Part shown: positions 1 through 8,732 of the stretch, in pieces
How positions within the stretch are numbered: position 1 is the stretch's first letter
Layout: each line of letters begins with the position of its first letter
Source of the DNA: Bacteroidota bacterium
GTDB lineage: Bacteria; Bacteroidota; Bacteroidia; Chitinophagales; LD1
Direction of reading: 5' to 3'
Length of the DNA stretch: 64,000 nt
Assembly (NCBI GenBank): GCA_025963485.1
Contig: JAOQAO010000067.1
Location: forward strand, 796-64,795
The notes under the pieces: generated by a model
Database searches by the model: none
Seen by the model: only the letters and a program-made list of their open reading frames with translations
What the model was told of the DNA's origin: nothing
Translations under genes and position numbers: made by a program

Positions 1-1158
1 CAGTGAGCCCGTCCAGATATATTGGGACAATGCAGAATCCTTCACGCCATATTGAAACAGTATAGAGGTGATAGCAGTGCTACCTGTATTACGAACCTTC
101 ACTATAGGTTTGCCCGCTCGTGGATTTTCCCTGTGATACCATTCAAAATTAGTGGGCGCAGCTATATCTTCCAGAGATGCATCGACAGTATGATTATAGG
201 CTCCATAGTAAAATACGGAAGCAGCGATATTATAGATACCATAACCTCCGACACCATTATAGCTATTATCGAAATCGAGATCGACAGTATGTGCACCACC
301 CGCAGTCACACCGGTGAGCTTATATTGATCTACAGTCACGAGTCCCCCGGGGCACCAGTTGCCCGCTCTCGCATATGCCCAGGTGCCACCCTGAGGATAG
401 AGCTCCATAGCGCCACAGTTTACATTCATATTCTTCTGTCCTACTGCATTGTTATTGGACATCACTGTATAGGTGTGCCCGGCTCCGGTAGCATCAAATT
501 CACAACAGCCCGTCGCATTGTCCGAGCCGTGGCCCGTGATAGCCACTTTCATTTCGGCCGATTGCATACCCGCAGCAGCGGGCAGCGTGATCGGTTTTAC
601 ATTGCTATCTATGACATTTGCGAGATTGCCATAAGTATACCCTCCGGTCCATAGCTTGCTGATGCCGATCACATTTCTCTCAGGAGTTCCTTCGATAAAT
701 GCAAACTTCACATCCAGCGTGAACCCGCCGGAATATCCGGAATAATGCACCCGTACGTTCGCCGTATTCTTCAGCTGATTATAATAATCCGTCACATCAA
801 AGATGTAATGCTGCTTCCAGGATGGGCCGAAACCCGGTGTGCCGGTCGTCGCATAAGGTGTAATGAACCGTGTCATCTCCAGCGTATCGCCTCCCGGTGT
901 CATGATATAGTTCTCCAGGTCATAATCCCACTGATGGCAATATTGTGTCCCTGCCGTGCAGTTGTATTGCCCGACTGTCATGACCATATATATCTTGCGA
1001 TAGCTGAGAGCGCCATTTGGAAATACAACCGTTGAGTCATAATTGCCATAGCCACTTAGCTGCACATTCTGGGCATAAACCCATGTGGTATCACCGATAT
1101 TGGCTTTGGTGCCCAAAGCAACTATAGAAAGTATAAGCAGGTAAATGATCTTCCTCAT
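1..1158 (-). CDS. PNGase F-like (peptide-N4-(N-acetyl-beta-glucosaminyl)asparagine amidase F family) secreted protein; C-terminus runs off the window
   Basis: Absent from the ORF track because there is no stop inside the window. My reverse-complement read from the ATG at 1158-1156 gives MRKIIYLLILSIVALGTKANIGDTTW (signal peptide). It continues with CHQWDYD...RFITPY (RFITPY encoded at 853-870) and GTWAYARAGNWCPGD (~340-390). These match the CDEWDRY...RFITPYW and GNWAPDRAGWCPG blocks of Elizabethkingia PNGase F as I remember them. The + strand ORFs 22..654 and 745..1035 are antisense shadows. Confidence 0.7.
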   Translation of the reverse strand, partial: MRKIIYLLILSIVALGTKANIGDTTWVYAQNVQLSGYGNYDSTVVFPNGALSYRKIYMVMTVGQYNCTAGTQYCHQWDYDLENYIMTPGGDTLEMTRFITPYATTGTPGFGPSWKQHYIFDVTDYYNQLKNTANVRVHYSGYSGGFTLDVKFAFIEGTPERNVIGISKLWTGGYTYGNLANVIDSNVKPITLPAAAGMQSAEMKVAITGHGSDNATGCCEFDATGAGHTYTVMSNNNAVGQKNMNVNCGAMELYPQGGTWAYARAGNWCPGGLVTVDQYKLTGVTAGGAHTVDLDFDNSYNGVGGYGIYNIAASVFYYGAYNHTVDASLEDIAAPTNFEWYHRENPRAGKPIVKVRNTGSTAITSILFQYGVKDSALSQYIWTGSL

Positions 1159-1257
1159 CTCTATTATTTTGTATTAGGCATGAAAATTAAACCAAAAAAA
1201 GCTTACCCGGCTCCTTATTCGCATGAACTATAACTTTATAGCGGCGAACAGAGAAGG

Positions 1258-1776
1258 TCAGAGGTACCTTTCCTTAATCACAGCGAGATGGTGTATCTCG
1301 TGACCCGGGATAATGTACCCAAGTGACCGCACCGATATTTCCTGCCCATTGGCAATACCCGTTCTCCGGGTCATTTCGGGTGAGAGATTTTTGAAGAATT
1401 CAATAGTAGATTGCCTCAGGGCAACGTACTCATGTAGCAGGCTTTGCAGCGAGCGCTCCGAAGCTGCCGAGTTGGGGACATACTCATTTTCATCAAAGCC
1501 TGCCAGGCCTGTACTATCTCCACGGGAGAAGCGCAAGGCTCTATACGTAAAGATCCTTTCCGCATCCATCAGGTGAATGATCAGTTCTTTGATCGTCCAT
1601 TTGCCCTCCTGATACCGGTATTCCAGTTTATCGGCAGGCACCAATGCCATGAATGACAGAAAATTAGTCCTGCCCGTTTCCAGCGAAGAGATCAGATCAT
1701 CGGTAGTTACCTTGCCTATATAGGTATGATAGTAGGAAGGGTACTCTCCCGTATTTGGTTTGGAGATCGCGCTCAT
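1258..1776 (-). CDS. DinB-family (DinB_2-like) metal-dependent protein
   Basis: 172-aa ORF with a helical-bundle pattern and the spaced His residues typical of DinB/YfiT-like proteins (IIHLMDAERIF; C-terminal GHEIHHLAVIKE). Confidence 0.65.
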   Translation of the reverse strand: MSAISKPNTGEYPSYYHTYIGKVTTDDLISSLETGRTNFLSFMALVPADKLEYRYQEGKWTIKELIIHLMDAERIFTYRALRFSRGDSTGLAGFDENEYVPNSAASERSLQSLLHEYVALRQSTIEFFKNLSPEMTRRTGIANGQEISVRSLGYIIPGHEIHHLAVIKERYL

Positions 1777-1824
1777 AGCGGAATATGTCTAAGTGAATTG
1801 TAGAATTCGCCCTTGGGAGTTCGA

Positions 1825-2091
1825 TTATTTCTTAGGTGCGCCTGCCGGGTCCTGCTGGTACGTCGCGCTAAATGGCGAAGTCTGTACCGGTGTCCTTGAC
1901 TGATGCTTGGCACTATCAGATGGCAAACTCTTATAAGCTGCATTAAAAGGAGAGGATTGTACTACTTCCCTTTGAGGCTGCACTGCGGTGCCATTAGCTG
2001 GCTTTGCAGAGGTAGGATGAGCATCACTCTTACCGTCCTGCTGAGGGAACGAAAAGCTCATCAAATAAGCAGACAACAGTAATAATTTCAT
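1825..2091 (-). CDS. small secreted low-complexity protein (hypothetical)
   Basis: 88 aa with the hydrophobic N-terminus MKLLLLSAYLMSFSF. The mature part is P/Q/S/A-rich and contains two SPF(N/S)A(A/T)Y copies. No family recognised, so it could be non-coding. Confidence 0.4.
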   Translation of the reverse strand: MKLLLLSAYLMSFSFPQQDGKSDAHPTSAKPANGTAVQPQREVVQSSPFNAAYKSLPSDSAKHQSRTPVQTSPFSATYQQDPAGAPKK

Positions 2092-2105
2092 ATCAGTATC
2101 AGTTT

Positions 2106-2134
2106 AAATGCCCAACCATTTTCAGGTTGGGCAT
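2106..2134 (-). terminator. 11-bp perfect hairpin between the collagen-like gene and the small ORF (terminator or attenuator)
   Basis: AATGCCCAACC (2106-2116), a 7-nt loop, then GGTTGGGCATT (2124-2134). It lies 15 nt downstream of the collagen-like gene stop on the minus strand. The trailing U-tract is weak. Confidence 0.45.
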
Positions 2135-2148
2135 TATTAAATTTTATA

Positions 2149-4569
2149 TTAATATTCTGTAGCTGTCAGGGTTCTGTGGCTGGCATCTGGCAGAGCCACC
2201 GGCTCATTGAAGACAATACCAGGACGATTGCCTGAGCGCATCCACTCTACAGTGAGGGTAAGGCTCGAACCTATTGTCACCGTTACAGGCTTAGTAAAGT
2301 TCATGCTATAACCTGTCACGATTCCCACTACATCATCGAAGTCCTGTCCCGGTGTAATAGTACCACCGATAGAAACACCATTCAGCAATACTCTTGCAAA
2401 AACGTTTTGCTGAGGGAAGTTAGTAGGATCAGAACGACCAGACATTGACAGGTTCACCAAAAGATTTGCCTTGGTCGGTGTGAATGTCATAGTAAGGCCC
2501 GTAGCTGTATACGTGATAGAGTTTATGCTTATATCAGTAGTACCTGTCACAGAGTGTATCTGAGCACCCGGACCTGTAGGGCCTGTAGGACCTGCTGTTC
2601 CGGCAGCACCCGCTGCACCTGTAGGACCTGCTGCACCAGCCGCTCCTGCTGCACCTGTAGGACCCGCTGCACCGGCTGCACCTGTAGGACCCGCCGCGCC
2701 TGCTGCGCCCGCTGCACCTGTAGGACCCGCCGCACCAGCTGCGCCTGCCGCTCCGGTAGGACCTGCTGCACCTGCCGGACCCGTAGGACCCGCCGCACCT
2801 GCTGCGCCCGCTGCACCTGTAGGACCCGCCGCACCTGCTGCGCCTGCCGCTCCGGTAGGACCTGCTGCACCTGCCGGACCCGTAGGACCAGCCGCACCTG
2901 CTGCGCCCGCTGCACCTGTAGGACCCGCCGCACCAGCTGCACCTGCCGGACCTGTAGCGCCTGCTGTACCAGCCGGGCCTGTAGCGCCCGGAGCACCGTT
3001 TGTTCCGTTAGTACCATTAGCACCCGCCGGACCTGTAGCTCCCGGGGCACCGTTTGTTCCGTTTGTTCCGTTAGCTCCTGCCGGACCGGTAGGGCCTGCT
3101 GCTCCTGCCGGACCTGTAGCACCTGCTGCACCAGCCGGGCCTGTAGCACCTGCTGTACCCGCCGGGCCGGTAGCTCCCGCTGCGCCTGCTGCACCTGTCG
3201 GACCTGCTGCACCAGCCGGACCTGTAGCGCCTGGGGCACCATTCGTTCCGTTTGTTCCATTAGCACCTGCCGGGCCTGTAGCTCCCGGAGCGCCGTTCGT
3301 ACCGTTTGTACCATTAGTTCCTGCAGCACCTGTAGGGCCTGTTACGCCTGCACCTGTAGGGCCTGTAGCACCATCTGCGCCGTTAGTTCCATTAGTTCCC
3401 GCCGGACCAGTAGCGCCATCTGCGCCGTTTGTCCCTGCCGGACCTGTAGGGCCGGTAGCACCAGCGCCTGTAGGACCAGTAGCTCCGTTAGTTCCTGCCG
3501 GACCTGTAGCACCATCAACGCCGTTAGTTCCAGCCGGGCCAGTGACACCATTAGTACCGTTTGTGCCTGCCGGACCTGTAGGGCCAGTCGCACCAGCACC
3601 TGTAGGGCCTGTAGCGCCATCTGCACCATTAGTTCCCGCCGGACCGGTAGCACCATCGACACCATTTGTTCCGTTAGTTCCATTTGTTCCTGCCGGACCT
3701 GTCACACCATTCGTTCCGTTAGCTCCTGCCGGACCTGTAGGACCGGTCGCACCAGCACCTGTAGGACCGGTAGCGCCATCTGCACCATTGGTTCCGTTAG
3801 TTCCCGCTGGACCGGTAGCGCCATTGACACCATTTGTTCCGTTAGTTCCTGCCGGGCCTGTAGCACCCGGATCACCAGTTGGGCCGGTAGCACCAGCGCC
3901 TGTTGGACCAGTAGCACCTGTATTGCCATCCACACCGTTAGTGCCTGCCGGGCCTGTATTGCCGTCAACACCGTTTGTTCCTGCCGGACCTGTAGGGCCA
4001 GTTGGACCTGTAGCACCTGCTCCGGTAGGACCTGTAGCACCAGTTTGGCCGTCTATTCCATTTGCACCGTTAGTTCCGTTTACACCATTCGCACCAGCGG
4101 GACCTGTGAGGCCATCTGTGCCATTTGTACCATTAGTACCATTGAGGCCAGTCGGACCTGTAAATCCAGCAGTACCTGCAGGGCCTGTAGGACCTACACC
4201 ACCGGTAGGGCCTGTATTGCCTACAGCACCGGCTGAGCCGGTCACGCCAGCAGGACCTGTAGGACCTGTGACTCCGCCACCTGCCTGACACATGCTGACC
4301 CAGAGAGAGGTAAATTTATTCCAGTAGAAAAAGCATTCTACATCATAGTCATAAACGAGGAGACCATCCTGAATGGGAGTTGTCACTATCGCCAATCTTT
4401 GAGCTGTATTCAGCCTTGGAGTATAAAAGCCCTGATTATTCGTAGGGGACTGAAGGTCCAGAACGGCCTTAGGATCTGGCGTCAATGTACCTATACCGAC
4501 ATTGTTTTGAGCGTTGAGGGTCATGCACCCTACTGTCAAAAGGATTAAAAGTGTTAATGTTTTTTGCAT
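2149..4569 (-). CDS. collagen-like triple-helix repeat protein (BclA/Scl-type layout: signal peptide, N-terminal module, ~570-aa Gly-X-Y stalk, 137-aa C-terminal globular domain)
   Basis: 806-aa ORF with signal peptide [21 protein letters not shown]. The N-terminal module runs [19 protein letters not shown]...LLVYDYD...FYWN. Uninterrupted runs of GPTGPAG/GTNGTNG/GAAGAAG follow from about residue 97 to 669. The non-repetitive tail is [14 protein letters not shown]...TLTATEY. Confidence 0.9.
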   Translation of the reverse strand: MQKTLTLLILLTVGCMTLNAQNNVGIGTLTPDPKAVLDLQSPTNNQGFYTPRLNTAQRLAIVTTPIQDGLLVYDYDVECFFYWNKFTSLWVSMCQAGGGVTGPTGPAGVTGSAGAVGNTGPTGGVGPTGPAGTAGFTGPTGLNGTNGTNGTDGLTGPAGANGVNGTNGANGIDGQTGATGPTGAGATGPTGPTGPAGTNGVDGNTGPAGTNGVDGNTGATGPTGAGATGPTGDPGATGPAGTNGTNGVNGATGPAGTNGTNGADGATGPTGAGATGPTGPAGANGTNGVTGPAGTNGTNGTNGVDGATGPAGTNGADGATGPTGAGATGPTGPAGTNGTNGVTGPAGTNGVDGATGPAGTNGATGPTGAGATGPTGPAGTNGADGATGPAGTNGTNGADGATGPTGAGVTGPTGAAGTNGTNGTNGAPGATGPAGANGTNGTNGAPGATGPAGAAGPTGAAGAAGATGPAGTAGATGPAGAAGATGPAGAAGPTGPAGANGTNGTNGAPGATGPAGANGTNGTNGAPGATGPAGTAGATGPAGAAGAAGPTGAAGAAGAAGPTGPAGAAGPTGAAGAAGAAGPTGAAGAAGAAGPTGPAGAAGPTGAAGAAGAAGPTGAAGAAGAAGPTGAAGAAGPTGAAGAAGAAGPTGAAGAAGTAGPTGPTGPGAQIHSVTGTTDISINSITYTATGLTMTFTPTKANLLVNLSMSGRSDPTNFPQQNVFARVLLNGVSIGGTITPGQDFDDVVGIVTGYSMNFTKPVTVTIGSSLTLTVEWMRSGNRPGIVFNEPVALPDASHRTLTATEY
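2563..4283 (-). repeat. coding triplet (GGN-NNN-NNN) repeat region with nested ~99-nt tandem repeats
   Basis: A 9-nt and higher-order periodicity is visible directly. For example, near-identical blocks between ~2640 and ~2960 encode [33 protein letters not shown]. This region generates long spurious ORFs in five other frames. Confidence 0.9.
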
Positions 4570-4614
4570 GCTAAATTTAAGGTTTCCTTATTTTATTGGT
4601 TTATAGAGGTTGAG

Positions 4615-6126
4615 TTATTTTACTAGTGTTACGTTTCCTGATGCTGAGAAAGACTTCGATCCGTCCTGGAGTTGATATTCGATCCTCCATACATATACGC
4701 CCATATCCTGCCTTACACCTTTGAAAGTGCCATCCCAGCCTTCACCTAATTCATTGGTTTCATAGACCTTTTCGCCCCAGCGGTCAAAAATTTGAAATGC
4801 AATTTTAGTCAAATTTTTGTTTAATGGCCTAAAAATATCATTTAAACCGTCTTTATTCGGCGAAAATGCCGTAGGAATCAACAATAAATCAGGTAAAAGG
4901 ATCAGTTTTAGGGAATCCTTCATCACGCAGCCCGATCTGTCGGTCACCGTGACTACATATTCAGTGGTCTCGGTAGGGGATGCCTTAGGGTCTTTTATAT
5001 TATCAAAATCAAGAAAAGTAGATGGAGACCACTGTACATCTGCCAGATCTATAGTGCTCAAACTGATCGTCGGATTGAGAGATACGGTCTGCCCTGAGTA
5101 TACATCCTGATCAGCTCCTGCATGGAGGTAAAATTTCTTGGAGCCCAATGCAAAAGGATGGGGGGTGAAGTTTGACCAGTTTGGTATCTCTATCGCTGAG
5201 AAGCCATAACCGGAGCCAGTGGTTGGAGTGCCCATGTAGTTCCAGATACCATTATTCCAATGTGCCATCTGTGTCCAGTACCCATCGCCCGACTGGTCAT
5301 AGTACATTTTGATCTTGCTCGGATTAGAACCCTGTGAGTGATAAAGCCTGTGGTAGAATAACGGATTGACACGGCAAAGGGTATCATCCAGTTTATCGAC
5401 GTCATAGGTATCTCCTGTAGGGTCATGTGCTACGCGTACTCCATATATATTATATGACGTAGCTGCGGGTGTCATGTCGATAGGACGGTAGTAGAATGGC
5501 AATGAGGTGATACTCGAAGGTGTGCCTGTAGGATACAGATAGGCGCTTGAAGTATTGGTAGCACGGGATAATTTACCCGTATCCAGGCTGCTCACAAACC
5601 CGTTTGAGCCGGATCCTTTAGTGATAGCTGCGGTAGATGTATTGAGCACGAGCATGTCGTATTGCTGAGTGGCCAGCTCATGGTCACGCAGGTCGAGGAT
5701 GCCATCGACATGCGCATCTATGGTCTGCATTTTGACCGAGCCGGGGTCTCCCGCCAGTATCAGATGGTGAAAAGGAGTAATACTCGTACCTGTGATCAGC
5801 TGTGCTGCGCCGGTGAGCATCACGGAGTCCTGATAGGAGATCACCGTACCGCTATTGACCCAGTCACCGCCTATGTCATACAGGCCTGTAGTCGCAGCTG
5901 CACCACCACCCGTCACAGAGTCGTCATTGAATATGGATCCCGCGATACGCAGATCGCCGGCGTTCTGGATAAGTCCTGTATGGTTGTAAAGAGAGTCGTT
6001 ATTAACGATCATATACGACCCTGGAGTCATGTATATAGACGCGCCCCTATTGTTGAACAAAGAGGTTTGCGACCACGCTGATAGGGATAGGACACAACAT
6101 GTGACAAAGCAAAGTAAAAGCTTCAT
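4615..6126 (-). CDS. secreted protein with T9SS type B C-terminal sorting domain (gliding motility-associated C-terminal domain)
   Basis: The C-terminus IPTAFSPNKDGLNDIFRP...FQIFDRWGEKVYE...GWDGTFKG...GVYVWRIEY fits the type B CTD consensus (PNAFSPNGDGINDxF...RWG...WDG). The likely start is MKLLLCFVTCCVLSLSAWSQ at 6126; the tracked ORF extends to 6150. The N-terminal region is G/N/D/S/T-rich and could be a beta-helix. Confidence 0.8.
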   Translation of the reverse strand: MKLLLCFVTCCVLSLSAWSQTSLFNNRGASIYMTPGSYMIVNNDSLYNHTGLIQNAGDLRIAGSIFNDDSVTGGGAAATTGLYDIGGDWVNSGTVISYQDSVMLTGAAQLITGTSITPFHHLILAGDPGSVKMQTIDAHVDGILDLRDHELATQQYDMLVLNTSTAAITKGSGSNGFVSSLDTGKLSRATNTSSAYLYPTGTPSSITSLPFYYRPIDMTPAATSYNIYGVRVAHDPTGDTYDVDKLDDTLCRVNPLFYHRLYHSQGSNPSKIKMYYDQSGDGYWTQMAHWNNGIWNYMGTPTTGSGYGFSAIEIPNWSNFTPHPFALGSKKFYLHAGADQDVYSGQTVSLNPTISLSTIDLADVQWSPSTFLDFDNIKDPKASPTETTEYVVTVTDRSGCVMKDSLKLILLPDLLLIPTAFSPNKDGLNDIFRPLNKNLTKIAFQIFDRWGEKVYETNELGEGWDGTFKGVRQDMGVYVWRIEYQLQDGSKSFSASGNVTLVK

Positions 6127-6317
6127 ATCATTTTTATGCTTTAGGGGCACACAATAACCAGAGTTTCAAGTGTGGAAATTACAAAAATATTTGTCAACAA
6201 AAAGTTTTTGATAAAAAAGGTTGCTTTAATAGGACGAAAAATAAAGGAAATAGGATGTATGCCATGGAAAATCAGATAAAAATAGGGATTTTAGCGCCTG
6301 AAAATCACAAACAATCA

Positions 6318-7337
6318 ATGAGAGTAGCAGTAGTAGGAGCCACCGGCCTGGTCGGCAAAAAAATGATGCAGGTGCTCGCCGAGCGCAATTTTGACATTAC
6401 CGAATTCTACCCCGTGGCATCCGAAAGGTCCATCGGATTACCTGTTACTTTCATGGGTAAAGACTATAAAGTAATCGGAATGGACGAGGCTGTCAACCTC
6501 AGGCCCGATATTGCTCTTTTCTCCGCCGGAGGATCTACCTCAAAGCTCTGGGCGCCAAAATTTGCCGAGGTGGGCACTGTGGTGATCGACAACTCTTCTG
6601 CCTGGAGGATGGAACCCAATATCAAGCTCATAGTACCCGAGGTCAATGCGCATGTCATCGAGAAAACCGACAAGATCATCGCTAATCCCAACTGCTCTAC
6701 TATCCAGATGGTCGTAGCCCTCAAGCCGCTCCACGATAAATACAGGATCAAAAGGATAGTAGTGTCCACTTATCAGTCCGTCACCGGCACCGGCAAAAAA
6801 GCCGTCGACCAGCTCATGAATGAGCGCAACGGAGTGGAAGGAGAAAAAGCATATCCATACGCCATCGATCTCAATCTGCTGCCGCAGATAGATGTATTCA
6901 CAGATAACGGATATACGAAGGAAGAAATGAAAATGGTCAACGAGACCAAAAAGATAATGGGTGATGACAGCATCCGTGTCACTGCCACGACTGTGCGCGT
7001 ACCTGTCATGGGCGGGCACTCAGAGAGCGTCAATGTCGAGTTTGAAAAAGATTTTGACATACATGAGCTCAGGGCGATACTGGCCGGCGCACCCGGCGTC
7101 ATAGTCACTGACGACATCGCAAATCTGCAATATCCGATGCCGCTCACGGCTCATGATAAAGATGAAGTATTTGTAGGCCGGCTGCGCAGGGATGAGACCC
7201 AGCCCAATACACTCAACATGTGGATCGTCTCTGACAACCTCCGCAAAGGCGCTGCCACCAATGCCGTGCAAATAGCCGAATACATGCAGGAGAAAGGCTT
7301 TTTCGCCCCCGCGATCAAACCATCTTTATCTCTGTAG
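6318..7337 (+). CDS. asd: aspartate-semialdehyde dehydrogenase
   Basis: MRVAVVGATGLVGKK Rossmann N-terminus and active-site block IANPNCSTIQMVVAL. The length (~339 aa from the ATG at 6318) fits Asd. The tracked ORF starts further upstream at 6255. Confidence 0.9.
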   Translation: MRVAVVGATGLVGKKMMQVLAERNFDITEFYPVASERSIGLPVTFMGKDYKVIGMDEAVNLRPDIALFSAGGSTSKLWAPKFAEVGTVVIDNSSAWRMEPNIKLIVPEVNAHVIEKTDKIIANPNCSTIQMVVALKPLHDKYRIKRIVVSTYQSVTGTGKKAVDQLMNERNGVEGEKAYPYAIDLNLLPQIDVFTDNGYTKEEMKMVNETKKIMGDDSIRVTATTVRVPVMGGHSESVNVEFEKDFDIHELRAILAGAPGVIVTDDIANLQYPMPLTAHDKDEVFVGRLRRDETQPNTLNMWIVSDNLRKGAATNAVQIAEYMQEKGFFAPAIKPSLSL

Positions 7338-7400
7338 CAGTTTTCTAATAAAATAGATGCTTGGGAGCTGTATATCACTCTTCGCAAAAGTGCGGGATGC

Positions 7401-7847
7401 CTACTTTGGATTATTCCTTTGCTCACGCCGGTTACGTACTATCTGCACGAGCATCTTTTTGAAGTCTTCTTCCGCACCCACCAGCATGTTCAGTTTTTCT
7501 TTGCCCAGCGCCTGCTCGAACTCAGGTTTATAGCGCTTCTTCAGGTCGAGCTTTTTCTGCTCAAATTCGAGCTGCTTATCCGCATCGAGATGAGGGTCCG
7601 TACCATCATCCATCGGGTAGAAGTTGCGACGGAGCGTCGTCAGGTCATGGCGGTAATTATTATATACAGGCCAGAATACTTTAGCCTCCGAGGGTGTCAG
7701 GTTCAGCCGGTGAGTGATAAAGGCGACCCTCATAGATTCGACCTTCTCCTTTTTTTGATTTGCCTGCGCACTCATGGCTGTGCTCATCAGCAGCATGACA
7801 AACAGCAATGTGGTGCCTACTTTCCTTATGGTACTTAAATATCTCAT
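7401..7847 (-). CDS. periplasmic Spy/CpxP-like protein (hypothetical), last gene of the ECF sigma module
   Basis: 148 aa with a signal peptide ending ...STAMSAQA. The mature part is helical and K/E-rich, with an LTXXQ-like segment (LNLTPSEAKVFW). It is co-oriented directly behind the sigma/anti-sigma pair. Confidence 0.5.
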   Translation of the reverse strand: MRYLSTIRKVGTTLLFVMLLMSTAMSAQANQKKEKVESMRVAFITHRLNLTPSEAKVFWPVYNNYRHDLTTLRRNFYPMDDGTDPHLDADKQLEFEQKKLDLKKRYKPEFEQALGKEKLNMLVGAEEDFKKMLVQIVRNRREQRNNPK

Positions 7848-7896
7848 ACTTCCTCTTTCATTTTTGTGATCTGTAAAAAATATATGGAGGATGATT

Positions 7897-8676
7897 TTAG
7901 TCGATTATCTCTTCACTTATATTATCCGGTAGCTCCTGGTTGTTATTTTTCAGGTGGGATGGCATATTTTCCGGTTTATCAAAATAATGAGTGAACTCAA
8001 TATCATTGATGTTGTGAAGTATAGTATGCTCATCGAAATCGTCGCGGTGCTTGCCCATATAATTCTGCAGCTCACTTTCCGGTATCTGTTGCATTTGCGC
8101 AAATATCTTCTCCTCAGGAGTCAATGTACTATGCGAAAAGACGATCCCTACCACTACGACTATAGCCACAGTAAACGCCATAGCCAGCGAATAACGCGGA
8201 CGCAAAACGCGCTCAAATACGTTTGTCATCCAAAAACTCCACCTGCTGATCTCATGCCCGATCGGCATATGCTCTATTTCCTCCTTTGCAGCCAGCTTGG
8301 TCACCATCATGGGGAATACTGAAAAGTAATTAGCCGGTACCTTTTGCAATTCCGTTTTACTCAATCCCGCCATCAGAGGAGCTGCCAGAGATAGTTCTTC
8401 TGCCACTTCTTCTGCATGGATCTTCGCCATCAGGTCATCGGAGAATAAGGCAAAATAACCCTCATGTATTTTATATATCTCCAGTTTCTGCATAGAAGCG
8501 AGTACCGGCGGTAGGTCGATAGCATGCGCTTTTACATCCTCTGCCCTCTCTACGATCTTCACAGTCGACTCGGCAAAATACCCTTCCGATACCTGATAAA
8601 AGTTCTTTCTATCCAGTCTGGCCAGTACCGGGGCTATTTCCCGCAATTCATTCAATATGTCCTTAGAGGGCTTCAC
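7897..8676 (-). CDS. putative single-pass membrane anti-sigma factor (hypothetical)
   Basis: 259 aa with one TM segment (LAMAFTVAIVVVVGIVF). The N-terminal cytoplasmic part has three related ~35-aa repeats ending in (E)GYF/NYF. It lies immediately downstream of the ECF sigma gene. Confidence 0.5.
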   Translation of the reverse strand: MKPSKDILNELREIAPVLARLDRKNFYQVSEGYFAESTVKIVERAEDVKAHAIDLPPVLASMQKLEIYKIHEGYFALFSDDLMAKIHAEEVAEELSLAAPLMAGLSKTELQKVPANYFSVFPMMVTKLAAKEEIEHMPIGHEISRWSFWMTNVFERVLRPRYSLAMAFTVAIVVVVGIVFSHSTLTPEEKIFAQMQQIPESELQNYMGKHRDDFDEHTILHNINDIEFTHYFDKPENMPSHLKNNNQELPDNISEEIID

Positions 8677-8732
8677 TTTATCTTTTTTTCGCTTCCAGAT
8701 TCAAGGTTAAGACTATGTGGATATGTTAAGGT

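Noticed and set aside
22-1035. + strand ORFs 22..654 and 745..1035
   Set aside because: They are antisense to a much better minus-strand reading frame (PNGase F-like, with signal peptide and conserved motifs). Their translations are low-quality and Ile/Cys/His/Arg-rich.
2547-4288. Long ORFs on both strands overlapping the collagen-like gene (for example 2554..4236 +, 560 aa; 3542..4288 +; 2547..3329 -; 3342..3683 -; 3702..4040 -)
   Set aside because: They are frame and strand shadows of the GGN-CCN-rich triplet repeat. Their products are Cys/Arg/Thr-, Pro/Val- or Gln/Val/Leu-rich low complexity with no start context. Only the Gly-X-Y frame has a signal peptide and globular ends.
6255-6317. 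Upstream extensions of tracked ORFs (asd 6255, type-B-CTD 6150, GT-C paralogue 11793, carbonic anhydrase 15657, DUF2480 21340, gatA 30246, adhesin 33274, DUF1569 50180, MutS2 56613)
   Set aside because: The track uses the first possible start, including TTG and GTG. In each case a downstream ATG gives the canonical family N-terminus or a proper signal peptide, so the extensions were trimmed.
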